A DNA stretch of 64,000 bases from Candidatus Cloacimonadota bacterium (GCA_963676615.1 OY781092.1:352001-416000); one strand, 5' to 3'; positions 49,815 to 60,950 are shown, numbered from the stretch's first letter. Program-made: numbers and translations. The notes: a model not told the origin generated them from the sequence alone.

Positions 49815-50889
49815 CCACATCTCCGCTGAGCAAAATCGAGACGGTGCGCATCGAGGGAATCTCTTTGATGATTAGGTTGATGCACGAAGTCAGCGGGATA
49901 GCCAAAACCATTCCCACAGCGCCCCAAACCCAAGCCCAGAAAATCAGCGAAAGCAGGATGAATAGCGGCGAGATGTTGAGCGTGTTGCCGATATATTTCG
50001 GCTCGATTAAGTTTCCAAAAGAAAATTGAGTGACGGCAAGAGCGATGGCGATGGCAAAAGGTTGCCAGCTAAGTCCATATTCCAAAAATCCGACAAGCAC
50101 AGGGAAAGCCGATGCGGTGATGGAGCCGAAGTTGGGGATGAAGTTGAAGAAGAACAGAAGCAGCCCGCTAAAGAGGACGAAGTCGATGCCGAAAAAGCCC
50201 ATAAACAGCATCCCCACGAGCGCTGTGCCCAGGGAGATGAGAGATTTTACGGCGAAATATTTGCCGATGGAGCTCTCGATTTCACGCAAAGAGCGGGTCA
50301 AGTTTGAGTTGCCATTTTTTTCTTTTTGAGCGATTTCCAAAGCTGCTACAAGGCGGTCTTTGCTCGCCATCAAAAACAGCATAAAGACCAAAGCAAGCAA
50401 AATTTTCACCAAAAAATCGACGAAAGTGCCCATCGTGGTTTTTAGGATTTTGGAGATGGAGAGCCTGTCCCACATACTCGCCCAGTCGATTTTGAAGATG
50501 TAATCTTTGAAGTTCTCTTTTAGGTTTGGCAGGTAAACTTTCACAAGGTCGATGGTGCTGTTGAACCGCTTGGAGAGAATCGCCTCAAATTTTGGGAATT
50601 CGCTGACAAAAGATTGCGAGCCGAGGAAAATCAGATAGCCAATCAGGTACATCACGCTGAACACGATAATCAGAACGATGAGCACCGCTAGAGAGTTTGG
50701 CACTTTTTTTCTGGTCAAAAAGCGGTGAAACGGGTCGAACAAAAATGTAAAAAAAACGGCAAACATCAGAGGAATAAAAAGGGATTGCATATTTTTGAGC
50801 GCCAAAACGACAATTGATGTGGAGATAAGTAGCAGGGAAAAACTGATGATTTTGATGGTCGTTTCGTGCTCTGTGTTAAAGTCGTTCAT
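49807..50889 (-). CDS. AI-2E family transporter
   Basis: NFIPNFGS, GNLIEPK..G..LNISP, W.WVWGAVGMVLAIP. Confidence 0.9.
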   Translation of the reverse strand: MNDFNTEHETTIKIISFSLLLISTSIVVLALKNMQSLFIPLMFAVFFTFLFDPFHRFLTRKKVPNSLAVLIVLIIVFSVMYLIGYLIFLGSQSFVSEFPKFEAILSKRFNSTIDLVKVYLPNLKENFKDYIFKIDWASMWDRLSISKILKTTMGTFVDFLVKILLALVFMLFLMASKDRLVAALEIAQKEKNGNSNLTRSLREIESSIGKYFAVKSLISLGTALVGMLFMGFFGIDFVLFSGLLLFFFNFIPNFGSITASAFPVLVGFLEYGLSWQPFAIAIALAVTQFSFGNLIEPKYIGNTLNISPLFILLSLIFWAWVWGAVGMVLAIPLTSCINLIIKEIPSMRTVSILLSGDVDG

Positions 50890-52064
50890 CGAAAAATCTC
50901 CTTTAAAAAACTTTGTCCAATCAGGTCGGTTTGCAGCCCGAAATAGTCGGCGATTGTGGCTGCGATGTCGGCGAAGCTGTTCCTTTCGCCAAGATCTTGC
51001 GGCAAAATATTTGCGCCCAAAACCAGCAGTGGCGTGTATTCTCTGGTGTGGTCTGTCCCTGGAAAGGTCGGGTCGCAACCGTGATCTGCGGTGATGATTA
51101 AGATGTCATCTTTCTTTAGCGAATTTAAAATATCGGGCAGCTGGCTATCAAAATATTTGAGTCCATTTGCGAACTCGTTGGGCAGATTTCTGTGTCCCCA
51201 TTTGCTGTCGAAATCGACGAGATTTGTGAAGATAAGTCCTTCCTTATCAAAGTTTTGGATGTGCCAAATTGTGGAGGCGATTCCTGCTTGGTTGGTTTTG
51301 GTGTGGTCGATTTTGGTGACGCCTTGCCTGTTAAAAAGGTCTTCGATTTTGCCGATGCCCACAACCTGTTTTCCCGCTGCTTTCAGATAGTCCAAAAGAG
51401 TCTTGTCGGTCGGCGATATAGCGTAATCTTTGCGGTTTCCTGTGCGGTAGAAATCTTGCGAATTTTTGCCCAAAAACGGACGAGCGATAACGCGCCCGAT
51501 GCAGGTTTTTTCGTCAAAAACTTGCGTCCGTGCGATTTCGCACATTTTGTATAGCTCTTCGATGGGGTAAACCTCTTCGTGACAAGCGATTTGGAAGACG
51601 CTGTCTGCGGAGGTATAAACGATTGGCTTTTTTGTGTCGATGTGCTCCTGCCCATATTTGGCGATGGCGTCTGTGCCCGAAAATGGCTTGTTCAGCAGCA
51701 CGCCCGGCACTCCTGTCAGGCGGACAAATTTTTCGATAATTTCCTTGGAAAATCCGTCGGGGAAAAAGTCGAATTTCGCTTTTGGCAAAATTCCCGCGAT
51801 TTCCCAATGACCAGAGATGGAATCTTTTGAGCTGGACTTTTCGGCAAGTTTGCCTGTGGCAGCCAGCGGATCGTCGTTGGTGGCAACGCCCAAAATGGGG
51901 GTGATGTTGCCAAGTCCGACGCTTTGCAAGTTCGGCAAATCCAGTCCGCCGAGCTTTTTGGCAATGTTGGGAATGGTCGCAGCGCCCTCGTCTCCAAACT
52001 TTTTGGCATCGGGCAGATAGCCGACACCCACGCCGTCTAGCACGATAATTATCACTCGTTTCAT
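50886..52064 (-). CDS. deoB: Phosphopentomutase
   Basis: VLDGVGVG, KDSISGHWE, YTSADSVFQIA, RVIARPF, TADHGCDP, DHTREY. Confidence 0.95.
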   Translation of the reverse strand: MKRVIIIVLDGVGVGYLPDAKKFGDEGAATIPNIAKKLGGLDLPNLQSVGLGNITPILGVATNDDPLAATGKLAEKSSSKDSISGHWEIAGILPKAKFDFFPDGFSKEIIEKFVRLTGVPGVLLNKPFSGTDAIAKYGQEHIDTKKPIVYTSADSVFQIACHEEVYPIEELYKMCEIARTQVFDEKTCIGRVIARPFLGKNSQDFYRTGNRKDYAISPTDKTLLDYLKAAGKQVVGIGKIEDLFNRQGVTKIDHTKTNQAGIASTIWHIQNFDKEGLIFTNLVDFDSKWGHRNLPNEFANGLKYFDSQLPDILNSLKKDDILIITADHGCDPTFPGTDHTREYTPLLVLGANILPQDLGERNSFADIAATIADYFGLQTDLIGQSFLKEIFR

Positions 52065-52624
52065 TTTTTTTCTCCAAAAAAATAGGTCGCGCCCGAAGCG
52101 ATTGTTATCAGCACGGTTATCCAGATGCAGACAATGGTCAGGGTGTTCAGCGCAAAAGCGACCGAAGGCGACAGAGGCAGCCAAAATTTTGCTAAGTAAA
52201 AGACGAAAGCGGCGATAACCACACCGATTTGCGTGCCGGTCTTCAGCTTGCCCCAATAGTTAGCGGCGATGTAGATATTTTTTTTGATGTAATAGCTGCG
52301 CAAAAGCGTCACCACCAGCTCGCGCGCCAAAATTATCACCAATGGCCAGATGCAGATTATTTTTATGGGAGAGACCGCCAGCAGGTAAAAAGCCACGCCG
52401 ATAAGCGCTTTGTCGGCGATTGGGTCCATTATTTTGCCAAAATTGGAGATGTTGTATTTGCGGGCAAATTTGCCGTCGTAATAGTCGGTAATCGCGGCGA
52501 CGATAAAGACGATAAGCCCATAGAAAACGCCCCACGGCTGCTGCAAACGCACGCAACACCACCAGAGAAACGGTACCATCAAAATGCGCGAAATCGTTAA
52601 GATGTTTGGCAAGATTTTTTTCAT
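52061..52624 (-). CDS. pgsA: CDP-diacylglycerol--glycerol-3-phosphate 3-phosphatidyltransferase
   Basis: PNILTISR, TDYYDGKFAR...FGKIMDPIADK, RELVV, GKLKT. Confidence 0.92.
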   Translation of the reverse strand: MKKILPNILTISRILMVPFLWWCCVRLQQPWGVFYGLIVFIVAAITDYYDGKFARKYNISNFGKIMDPIADKALIGVAFYLLAVSPIKIICIWPLVIILARELVVTLLRSYYIKKNIYIAANYWGKLKTGTQIGVVIAAFVFYLAKFWLPLSPSVAFALNTLTIVCIWITVLITIASGATYFFGEKK

Positions 52625-53526
52625 CGGGTGAGCTTTCTAAAATTGATGTGGATTAGCAGTGATGAGAGCAGGATTGACGCCAGCTCGAACAAAGGCAACT
52701 GGGCAAAAATCTTGATGATGGAGCAGTAGCTGAGGTTGACCTTGAATAGCAGGTTGTATTTGCTGATCAGGGCAAAAAAAACGAGATTGAAAAGCACAGG
52801 CAAACACAGGAAAAGCAGCGAACTCAGGCGCAATCTTGCCCTGCGATGCGAACTTTTTATCCCTAGTTTCTTGTAAATTTCCCACGCGCGATGATTATAC
52901 CAAATCGTCGATTTCCGCAGCGAAAAAAGCAGCACTATCATAAAAAACGCCAAAAAAATGTTGGCGAGCCAATAGATTTTTTCTAGCAGCATTTTTTCGT
53001 CTAGCTTTTGCTTAATCTCGGCAAGTGGACCTTTGACGAGCGTGCTGGTCTGATATTTTTGAAAAACATCATACTGCGCCTGAAAAATCTTCGCCGTCAG
53101 CGTCTGTCCGCTGTTTTGAATGGTGAGAATATTCGGCATTTTGCCCAAATTTTCGTTGAGCAGATAGTTCTCGCTGAGGTTATATTTCGTCAGCAAATTT
53201 TGGGTAAGTTTGGCGTTCGAGGAGATGCTCAGCTGATTGTAAAGCGGCTCAATCTCTTTATCGGCGATGTAGGTCAGCTCTTTTGAAAGGTAAGCAAATT
53301 TTTGCAACTTCGACGGCGCTTTTTTTTGCCTGCTGACATCCAGCTCCAAAAGCTCAGATTTTATCAGCTTCAGGGTGTTGATGTTCATCGAGAGCACCTT
53401 TATCTTGAACTGCGAAATCTGCTGGAAATTTTGCTCTAACACCATGCAAAATAGGAAGTTAAAGCCTGTCCAAAAAACGATGTAAGACAAAACAATCAAA
53501 GAATGTTTAAAATTATTGTGCTTCAA
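52621..53526 (-). CDS. Membrane protein with FtsX-like topology
   Basis: One N-terminal TM, a large loop, then three TM; EIYKKLG resembles FtsX EI..LvG; follows an ABC ATPase. Confidence 0.5.
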   Translation of the reverse strand: MKHNNFKHSLIVLSYIVFWTGFNFLFCMVLEQNFQQISQFKIKVLSMNINTLKLIKSELLELDVSRQKKAPSKLQKFAYLSKELTYIADKEIEPLYNQLSISSNAKLTQNLLTKYNLSENYLLNENLGKMPNILTIQNSGQTLTAKIFQAQYDVFQKYQTSTLVKGPLAEIKQKLDEKMLLEKIYWLANIFLAFFMIVLLFSLRKSTIWYNHRAWEIYKKLGIKSSHRRARLRLSSLLFLCLPVLFNLVFFALISKYNLLFKVNLSYCSIIKIFAQLPLFELASILLSSLLIHINFRKLTR

Positions 53527-54129
53527 TTTGCGCTCCTTCTTGGTGTAATTTGCCAGCTTTTATGACGAAATTTCGTTTGAAATTGGAAATTTTGTCGGTC
53601 GCGCTGGCGATAATCGTCGCGCCTTCTTGGGCGGCTAGCGACAAGATGCTGATAGCTTTGAGGATGTTAATCTCGTCGAAAAATTTGTCCAAATCGTCCA
53701 CCAAAATCAAAAACGGGTTGATCGCCGTTGCCCTGATTAGCTCGACCAGCTTTTTGTCGGAGTTGCACAAAAGCATCGCTTTGCTAGGCAACTGGTTGCC
53801 AAGTCCGACTCTCTCTGCCAAAGTTTTGAGCAAGTTTTTTTTGGCAGCCGTTGGTCTGGCGATGCCCACGCAAAGGTTTTCCCAGACCGTTTTTTCGGCG
53901 AACAAATTGTCCTGCGAGTCGATTAAAACAGAGCGGACTCGCTTGTCTTTTTTCTCTCTTTTTGGATTTCCAAATAGTTGCCAGCGTGCAACTGGCGCAA
54001 AAAAACGCTCTTGCCCGTGTTGTTCAGCCCCAGAACGAGGTTCATCTTCTCTTTTTCCAGCGAAAGATTGGGGATAGTCAAAACCGTTTGGCTTTTCTTT
54101 TTTAGCTCGAATTCTTTTATTTTAATCAT
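53513..54129 (-). CDS. FtsE-like ABC ATPase split across two frames (-1 shift near 53953-53947): programmed frameshift, pseudogene or sequencing error
   Basis: 5' ORF has Walker A GLNNTGKS; the -1 frame carries Q..NLF.EKTVWENL and degenerate signature and Walker B (ILVDD). Confidence 0.65.
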
Positions 54130-54177
54130 ATTTAACTCTTTTTTGGACTCTTTGTTTCGTCAATAATTTTTTGTTTT

Positions 54178-54558
54178 TTAGAGCGAAAAACTTTGCGGCA
54201 AAAGCTCGCCGAGTGTGGTCGTGACGCTCCGTTCTTCGTTGCCATAGATAATCGGCATCTCTGGAGCACAAAACTCGCTCAAAACTTGTCGGCACGCTCC
54301 GCACGGCGGAAAAATCTGCTGACTTTGCACAAAAATAGCCAACGCCAAAAACTCCCGCTCGCCAGAGCTAATCGCGCCAAAAACCGCCGAGCGCTCTGCG
54401 CAGTTGGACAGCCCATAAGAGGCGTTTTCGACATTCACGCCTGTGTAAACGGTTTGCGATTTGCCCAGCAAAGCTGCGCCCAGCTTGTAGCCCGAGTATT
54501 TTGCATAGGCTTTTTCGCTCGCTTTTTTCGCTTCCAGCAAAAGTTTTTCAAGGTTCAT
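54178..54558 (-). CDS. cdd: Cytidine deaminase (homotetrameric type)
   Basis: AYAKYS, G.NVENASYGL..CAERSA, PCGACRQVL.EF, LLP.SF. Confidence 0.95.
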   Translation of the reverse strand: MNLEKLLLEAKKASEKAYAKYSGYKLGAALLGKSQTVYTGVNVENASYGLSNCAERSAVFGAISSGEREFLALAIFVQSQQIFPPCGACRQVLSEFCAPEMPIIYGNEERSVTTTLGELLPQSFSL

Positions 54559-55736
54559 AATCTCTTCCTGATAATTCCGTGCGGCGGAACTGGTTTGTCT
54601 ATCGGCAGGCTCACGACGCTGTTGGGGTCGGTTTTGACGATAGGTTGATTTTTTTCGTTTTTGATGCTGCACACGCGGTAGCTGAAATCTTTTTCGATTT
54701 CGGGAAAGACGAACTCGATAGTGTCGCCGAGCTCAAATTTCGCCCTAATGTCGATTTTAACTTCGCCGCCATTTTGCTCTACAATCGTGCCGATGAACTG
54801 ATAATCTCGAATATACGCAGAAGATTCTAGATTTTGCTCGCCGTCGCTTTTTGGCTCGATGAATCCCGTGCTGTAAGTGCGATGGCTGATTTTGGACAGC
54901 TCTTTTTTGAGCTTTGGCAAATCGGCGTTTTCCGCAAGCGCCTTTTTGTAAACCCGCGTGGTGTTCGCCACATAATACAGGCTCTTCATTCGCCCTTCGA
55001 TTTTCACGCTCTGCACGCCAGCTTGTTCGAGCTGCGCCAAATATTCCAGCAAACAAAGGTCTTTGGAATTTAGCAGATACGAGCCGTAGCTATCTTCTTG
55101 CAGCTCAAACCATTGCCCCTGATGCTTTTTTTCGCTAATAGCAAATCCCCAGCGGCAAACTTGGGTGCAAAGCCCTTGATTTGCGCTGCGGTCGTTGATG
55201 AACGCCGAAAGCAGACAACGCCCAGAATAGGCTATGCACATTGCTCCGTGCACAAAAACTTCCAGCTCCAAACTCGGAATCTCTTGCCGAATTTTTGCGA
55301 TTTCGTCGATGCTCAGTTCGCGCGCCAAAACCACTCGTTTCGCCCCTTGCTCGTGCCAAAATTTTGCGCTTTGGTAGTTGGTGATGTTGGCTTGCGTGGA
55401 GATGTGGATCGGAATTTCGGGAATAATTTCCCTGCACAGCGAAAAAACGCCCAAATCAGAGACGATTACTCCGTCTGGTTTTGCACTTTTCAGGAAATGC
55501 AGAAACTCGCCCAAGCCTTGTAAATCACGGTTGTGTGCGAAAATATTCAGCGTGATGTAGAGCTTTTTGCCCAAATTTTTGCAGATAGCAATCGCTTGCA
55601 AAATTTCAGCGTCGGAAAGATTGCCCGCTTTGGCTCGCAGCCCAAAATTTTTGCCAGCGCAATAGACGGCGTCCGCTCCGTAATGCAGGGCGTATTTGAG
55701 TTTTTCCAGACTCCCAGCAGGAGAAAGAATTTCCAT
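54555..55736 (-). CDS. Peptidase U32 family protein (TrhP-like RNA hydroxylation family)
   Basis: EILSPAG, GADAVY, HISTQ, LARE, HGAMCIAYSGRCLLS, KIEGRMK. Confidence 0.88.
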   Translation of the reverse strand: MEILSPAGSLEKLKYALHYGADAVYCAGKNFGLRAKAGNLSDAEILQAIAICKNLGKKLYITLNIFAHNRDLQGLGEFLHFLKSAKPDGVIVSDLGVFSLCREIIPEIPIHISTQANITNYQSAKFWHEQGAKRVVLARELSIDEIAKIRQEIPSLELEVFVHGAMCIAYSGRCLLSAFINDRSANQGLCTQVCRWGFAISEKKHQGQWFELQEDSYGSYLLNSKDLCLLEYLAQLEQAGVQSVKIEGRMKSLYYVANTTRVYKKALAENADLPKLKKELSKISHRTYSTGFIEPKSDGEQNLESSAYIRDYQFIGTIVEQNGGEVKIDIRAKFELGDTIEFVFPEIEKDFSYRVCSIKNEKNQPIVKTDPNSVVSLPIDKPVPPHGIIRKRL

Positions 55737-55841
55737 AATTTTCCTTTTTTTTGCTAAAAAAGTTTTTAGTCGCATCTCTTTGATTATAGGGAGCAAAAAT
55801 TGCCGCCAAGCGAAGATTTGGCTGGCTTTCCGACTTTTTCC

Positions 55842-55870
55842 CAATTGGGTGTTTTTGGCTGGCGTGTCAA
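55842..55870 (-). promoter_or_regulatory. Putative U32 operon promoter, TTGACA-N17-CAATTG
   Basis: Perfect -35 hexamer, divergent from the motif at 55909. Confidence 0.5.
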
Positions 55871-55908
55871 CCGAAATTTGCCCAGAGGAACAAATTTGCC
55901 TTTCTTGT

Positions 55909-55937
55909 TTGACAAAAGCAGTTTTCTTTTGAGGTTG
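55909..55937 (+). promoter_or_regulatory. Putative promoter, TTGACA-N17-AGGTTG
   Basis: Perfect -35 hexamer; the motif ends 10 nt before the ATG at 55948. Confidence 0.5.
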
Positions 55938-55947
55938 GTTTGTTAAT

Positions 55948-57294
55948 ATGAGGTTATCAAAAAGAGTTGTATTTCAAGCTGTTTCGGGCGTGATTTTGGG
56001 CGGTTTTCTTTCTTCTTGCGGGAGTCAAGGGGAGATTTCTGGCGGACCGTTGGACGAGCTAAAACCCCGAGTTGTCGGCACCGAGCCAGCGGAATTTTCT
56101 TCTATCAAAAGCAAAAAGCTGAAAGTCGTTTTCAACAAGCCAGTAGACGAGGCGAGCGTTGAGAACTACTTGCGGTTTTATCCAAAACTCAGCTTTAGCA
56201 CCTATGTGAACGATCAGACGCTCAACATCGCCATCAAGTCTGATTTGCTCGACGGCAAAAACTACTATTTTACTGTGAAGAAAGGACTTGAGTGCTATCA
56301 CGACATCCCGATGGTCAACAGCGAAACTTTCGTTTTTTGCAACAACTACCTTGCGACAAACGAGATTTCGGGCGAGTTTATTTTTGAAAAAGAGGCGGAC
56401 AGAAACGATACGATTTTGCTGCGGCTCTACGATCAAGACACGGTTTTCATTTTTTCGCAAAAGGCTAGCGCTCCTGGCTACCAGCTAAAATATTTGAGTT
56501 TGGGCAAATATCTGCTCAAGGCGTATATCGACAAAAATAAAAACGGCAAGCCCGACGAGCTGCAAGAGCCTTTTTGGCAAAAGAGTCTGACACTGAGCCG
56601 AAAATATCTGGTCGAGCCAATCGTTTTGGGCTATTCGGATTCCGTTGCGCCCGAGATAAAAAATGTTTCGCCGTCTTCTGCGCGGCGGATTTCGGTGCAG
56701 TTTGATGACGATTTGACTGGTTTGGGCGATTACTCTATCTACGCCGTTGCGGATTCGGTGCAGAGCGTGAGCGACTCTGGCGACACGACTTTTGTGGCAA
56801 GGCCTGCAAAGCGGATAAACATTTTGGCGTCGAATTTGGAGAAAGGCGAGCTTTCGCTTTTGGTTTCGCCGCTCCAGAAGCGGAAATATCGATTTGTAGC
56901 GAAAAAAATCAGCGATTGGAAAAAGAACACGACGCAAGCCGACACCGTCTATTTTAGCGGAAAAGACGACGAACTCACTAGCGATATTAGCATTCGCGAG
57001 GTTCAGCCTGCAAAAAATTCTGGCGTGCTGAGTTTGCTGCCAGATTTTGTGGTGAGGTTCGATAGGCTGCTTTTGCCAAGTCAAGTGAGCGCGAGTTTGC
57101 AAGAAAAAGAGACGGGCAAAAAAATTGCTCTTCGGCTGAAAAATAGCGACGGCTTTGAGTTTGTTTATGTGCCAGTCAAGAAATTGGAAAATTTCACCAG
57201 CTATTTGCTGACTATTTCAGCCAAAGACACCGAAGGTAACTCGTTGCCAAAAGATGAGATAGAGTTCATCACGACCGAGCAAGAAGAGGAGTAG
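55948..57294 (+). CDS. Lipoprotein with bacterial Ig-like (Big_5-type) domains
   Basis: Lipobox LSSC, then GGPLDELKP.V, F..PVD, DKNKNG. Confidence 0.7.
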   Translation: MRLSKRVVFQAVSGVILGGFLSSCGSQGEISGGPLDELKPRVVGTEPAEFSSIKSKKLKVVFNKPVDEASVENYLRFYPKLSFSTYVNDQTLNIAIKSDLLDGKNYYFTVKKGLECYHDIPMVNSETFVFCNNYLATNEISGEFIFEKEADRNDTILLRLYDQDTVFIFSQKASAPGYQLKYLSLGKYLLKAYIDKNKNGKPDELQEPFWQKSLTLSRKYLVEPIVLGYSDSVAPEIKNVSPSSARRISVQFDDDLTGLGDYSIYAVADSVQSVSDSGDTTFVARPAKRINILASNLEKGELSLLVSPLQKRKYRFVAKKISDWKKNTTQADTVYFSGKDDELTSDISIREVQPAKNSGVLSLLPDFVVRFDRLLLPSQVSASLQEKETGKKIALRLKNSDGFEFVYVPVKKLENFTSYLLTISAKDTEGNSLPKDEIEFITTEQEEE

Positions 57295-57302
57295 AGGGGA
57301 AG

Positions 57303-59165
57303 TTGAAAATCGATCGAAAATCTCTTTTGAACGCTTTGGGCAAGTTCCTTTTTGCGAACTTCGTCTTCAGCGTCGCCCTTGGCTATCGCTATCTGCCCGA
57401 CGGTCTCGGCTTTGGCTCGGCGACTTTTGTGTGGGTGTCGCTACTGGCGAACACATTTATGCTCTATTTGCCGTTGTTGTTGCTGGGATTTTTTTTCGTC
57501 TGGGCGTTGCCATATCGAGGTTTCACGGTCTTTTTTAACGCCATTTTGCTCTTTTTATTCCAGTTTTTTTTGTTGATCGACACGGTCGTTTATTCGATTT
57601 ACAATTTTCACATTAACGGCGCGGTGATTACGATTTTCACCAGCGGAGGTTTTGGCGATAGCGTGAGCCTTGGCACATTCACCACGATTTTGGCGGTGCT
57701 GATTTTGCTCTTTGCTTTATTTGTAGAGATTTTTTTGCTTCGATTTTTGACGGCAAAATCTGGCGATTTCGTTTACAAAAGAAAGGCGAAGTTGGCTTTT
57801 TTGCTGTGGATCGGCGTGGCTTTTTTGTTTGCCGACAAGATCACCTATGCGGTGGCGGATTTGTATAATGTGACCTCGATTGTCAGGTTCGTGAAAATTT
57901 TTCCGCTGTATCAGCCGCTGACGATCAAAAGTTTTATGGAGAAAACCTTTGGTTTTGAGATAGATAGGGAAGACGACATCAGGCTTTCGGCGGAAAATAA
58001 AACTTTGAACTATCCGCGAAATCCGCTGGTTTATGGGCAAAATTCGGAAGCGAAGCCGAACATTTTGGTGGTTTTTTTTGACGCTTGGCGCTTTGATATG
58101 TTTTCCAAAGAGGTGACCCCGAATTTGTGGGAGTTCAGCAAAAAAGCGTCGGTTTTCGACAACCATTACAGCGGTGGCAACGCCTCACGCTTTGGCGTTT
58201 TTTCGTTTTTTTATGGAATAAGCGGCTACTATTGGCACAAAATTTTGGGCGAACGACGCTCCTGCGTTTTGATCGACGAGCTGCAAAAAAACGGTTACGA
58301 CTTTTACATCTCCGCCAGCACACGGCTCACCTATCCTGAGTTTCGCAAAACTTGCTTTGTCAAAATTCCCGAAAAAATCTACGACGACATCGCAGGGAAA
58401 AACGCCACCGAAAAAGATCCGCTGGTGGTCAAAGGGTTTGCGCAGTTTTTGCAAAATAGAAAAAAAACGAAAGCGAAAGAGCCGTTTTTTTCGTTTCTGT
58501 TTTTGGACGCTCCGCACGGCACAGATTATCCCCAAAAGTATGAGAAATTTACGCCGACGCAGCGTTCGGTGAACTATCTGAAGATCGATGATGCGCAGGA
58601 AAATGTGCGGATGATGCGCAACACCTACAAAAATACGATTCATTTCGACGACGCTTTGGCGGGCGAGATTTTGAGCGCTTTGCAAAAAAACGGCTGTTTG
58701 GATAACACGATTGTCGTTTTTAGTGCCGATCACGGTCAGGAGTTCTACGAAAACGGCTTTTTTGGGCATTGTAGCGCTTTCGACAAATATCAGACGAAAG
58801 TGCCGTTCATCGTTTATCATCCGCAAAAAAAGCCTACCAAATACGCAAAAATGACCTCGCATCTGGATTTTGTGCCGACGATTTTGCAAGAGCTGGGCGT
58901 GAGCAATCCCGTGGGCGACTATTCCCAAGGGCAAAATTTTTGGACGAGCGACGGTCACGATTATGTGCAGTCTAGCGGCTGGGACGATGCGGCGCTGATC
59001 TATCCCGAGAGCTATTTTGTTTTTTCGGTGGAGACCTACAAAGCGGGGCTTTTTGAGGCGCGCGACAAAGATTATAAACTGGTGCAAAATCAAAAAGAGT
59101 TGGTTTCGCAAAAGAGAGCCGATCTGCTGAAGACGATAAAAGGGTTCAGCGATTTCGGCAAATAG
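57303..59165 (+). CDS. Membrane-anchored sulfatase-fold protein, DUF3413/YejM(PbgA)-like
   Basis: Five N-terminal TM, FHING, PLYQPLT, LNYP..PL, HYSGGN, ADHGQEF, SHLD.VPT. Confidence 0.78.
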   Translation: MKIDRKSLLNALGKFLFANFVFSVALGYRYLPDGLGFGSATFVWVSLLANTFMLYLPLLLLGFFFVWALPYRGFTVFFNAILLFLFQFFLLIDTVVYSIYNFHINGAVITIFTSGGFGDSVSLGTFTTILAVLILLFALFVEIFLLRFLTAKSGDFVYKRKAKLAFLLWIGVAFLFADKITYAVADLYNVTSIVRFVKIFPLYQPLTIKSFMEKTFGFEIDREDDIRLSAENKTLNYPRNPLVYGQNSEAKPNILVVFFDAWRFDMFSKEVTPNLWEFSKKASVFDNHYSGGNASRFGVFSFFYGISGYYWHKILGERRSCVLIDELQKNGYDFYISASTRLTYPEFRKTCFVKIPEKIYDDIAGKNATEKDPLVVKGFAQFLQNRKKTKAKEPFFSFLFLDAPHGTDYPQKYEKFTPTQRSVNYLKIDDAQENVRMMRNTYKNTIHFDDALAGEILSALQKNGCLDNTIVVFSADHGQEFYENGFFGHCSAFDKYQTKVPFIVYHPQKKPTKYAKMTSHLDFVPTILQELGVSNPVGDYSQGQNFWTSDGHDYVQSSGWDDAALIYPESYFVFSVETYKAGLFEARDKDYKLVQNQKELVSQKRADLLKTIKGFSDFGK

Positions 59166-59173
59166 GAGTTTTT

Positions 59174-59380
59174 ATGAGGAGATTTTTAGGGCTGATAATT
59201 TTGGTTTTGGGCGCTGGAGCTGGCTATTATTTCTATGGAATGAAGCCGCCGACGGATGTGGCGGATGCGCTAATGAGCTACGACCGCGCCAAATTTGCGA
59301 CGATGCAGCAGTATTATCTGAGCCTTGGCGCTGCGGCTTTGGTATTTCTAATCGGTTTGTTTATGAACCTCAAAAAGTGA
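59174..59380 (+). CDS. Small two-TM hypothetical protein
   Basis: 68-aa ORF with an AGGAG RBS filling the gap between operon genes. Confidence 0.65.
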   Translation: MRRFLGLIILVLGAGAGYYFYGMKPPTDVADALMSYDRAKFATMQQYYLSLGAAALVFLIGLFMNLKK

Positions 59381-59390
59381 TTTTTTTTGA

Positions 59391-60515
<1,125 letters not shown>

Positions 60516-60926
60516 ATGCGCAGATATTTATCGGGCAACGCAGAAACTTTTCGCCACCAAATTTTTCGCTACGCCATCGGCGGTCAGGTCTCCACATTGG
60601 CAGATTTTTTGGTGCTTATTTTTTTGACAGATTTGCTGGGCGTCTATTATATGATTTCAGCGTCTATCTCTTTTATATGCAGTGTGTTAGTCTCCTATTT
60701 TTTTAATATTTATTGGGTCTTTCACCAGCGGAAATACGACAAGCGTCGCCACGAAATTGCGCTCTTTTTTTTCATAAGCGCCATCGGCTTGATTTTGACC
60801 AGCTCGTTTATGTATTTTTTCACAGAAATCGTTGGAATGTTTTATGTCTATTCCAAAATAGTTTCGGCGTCGATAGTGTTTGTCTGGAACTTTACGGCGC
60901 GCAAATATTTGTTGTTTAACAACTAA
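60516..60926 (+). CDS. GtrA family membrane protein
   Basis: RYAIGG..ST..D, N.YWVF, WNF..RK. Confidence 0.88.
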   Translation: MRRYLSGNAETFRHQIFRYAIGGQVSTLADFLVLIFLTDLLGVYYMISASISFICSVLVSYFFNIYWVFHQRKYDKRRHEIALFFFISAIGLILTSSFMYFFTEIVGMFYVYSKIVSASIVFVWNFTARKYLLFNN

Positions 60927-60950
60927 AAAAATGAAGGTGTTATAAAAAAG

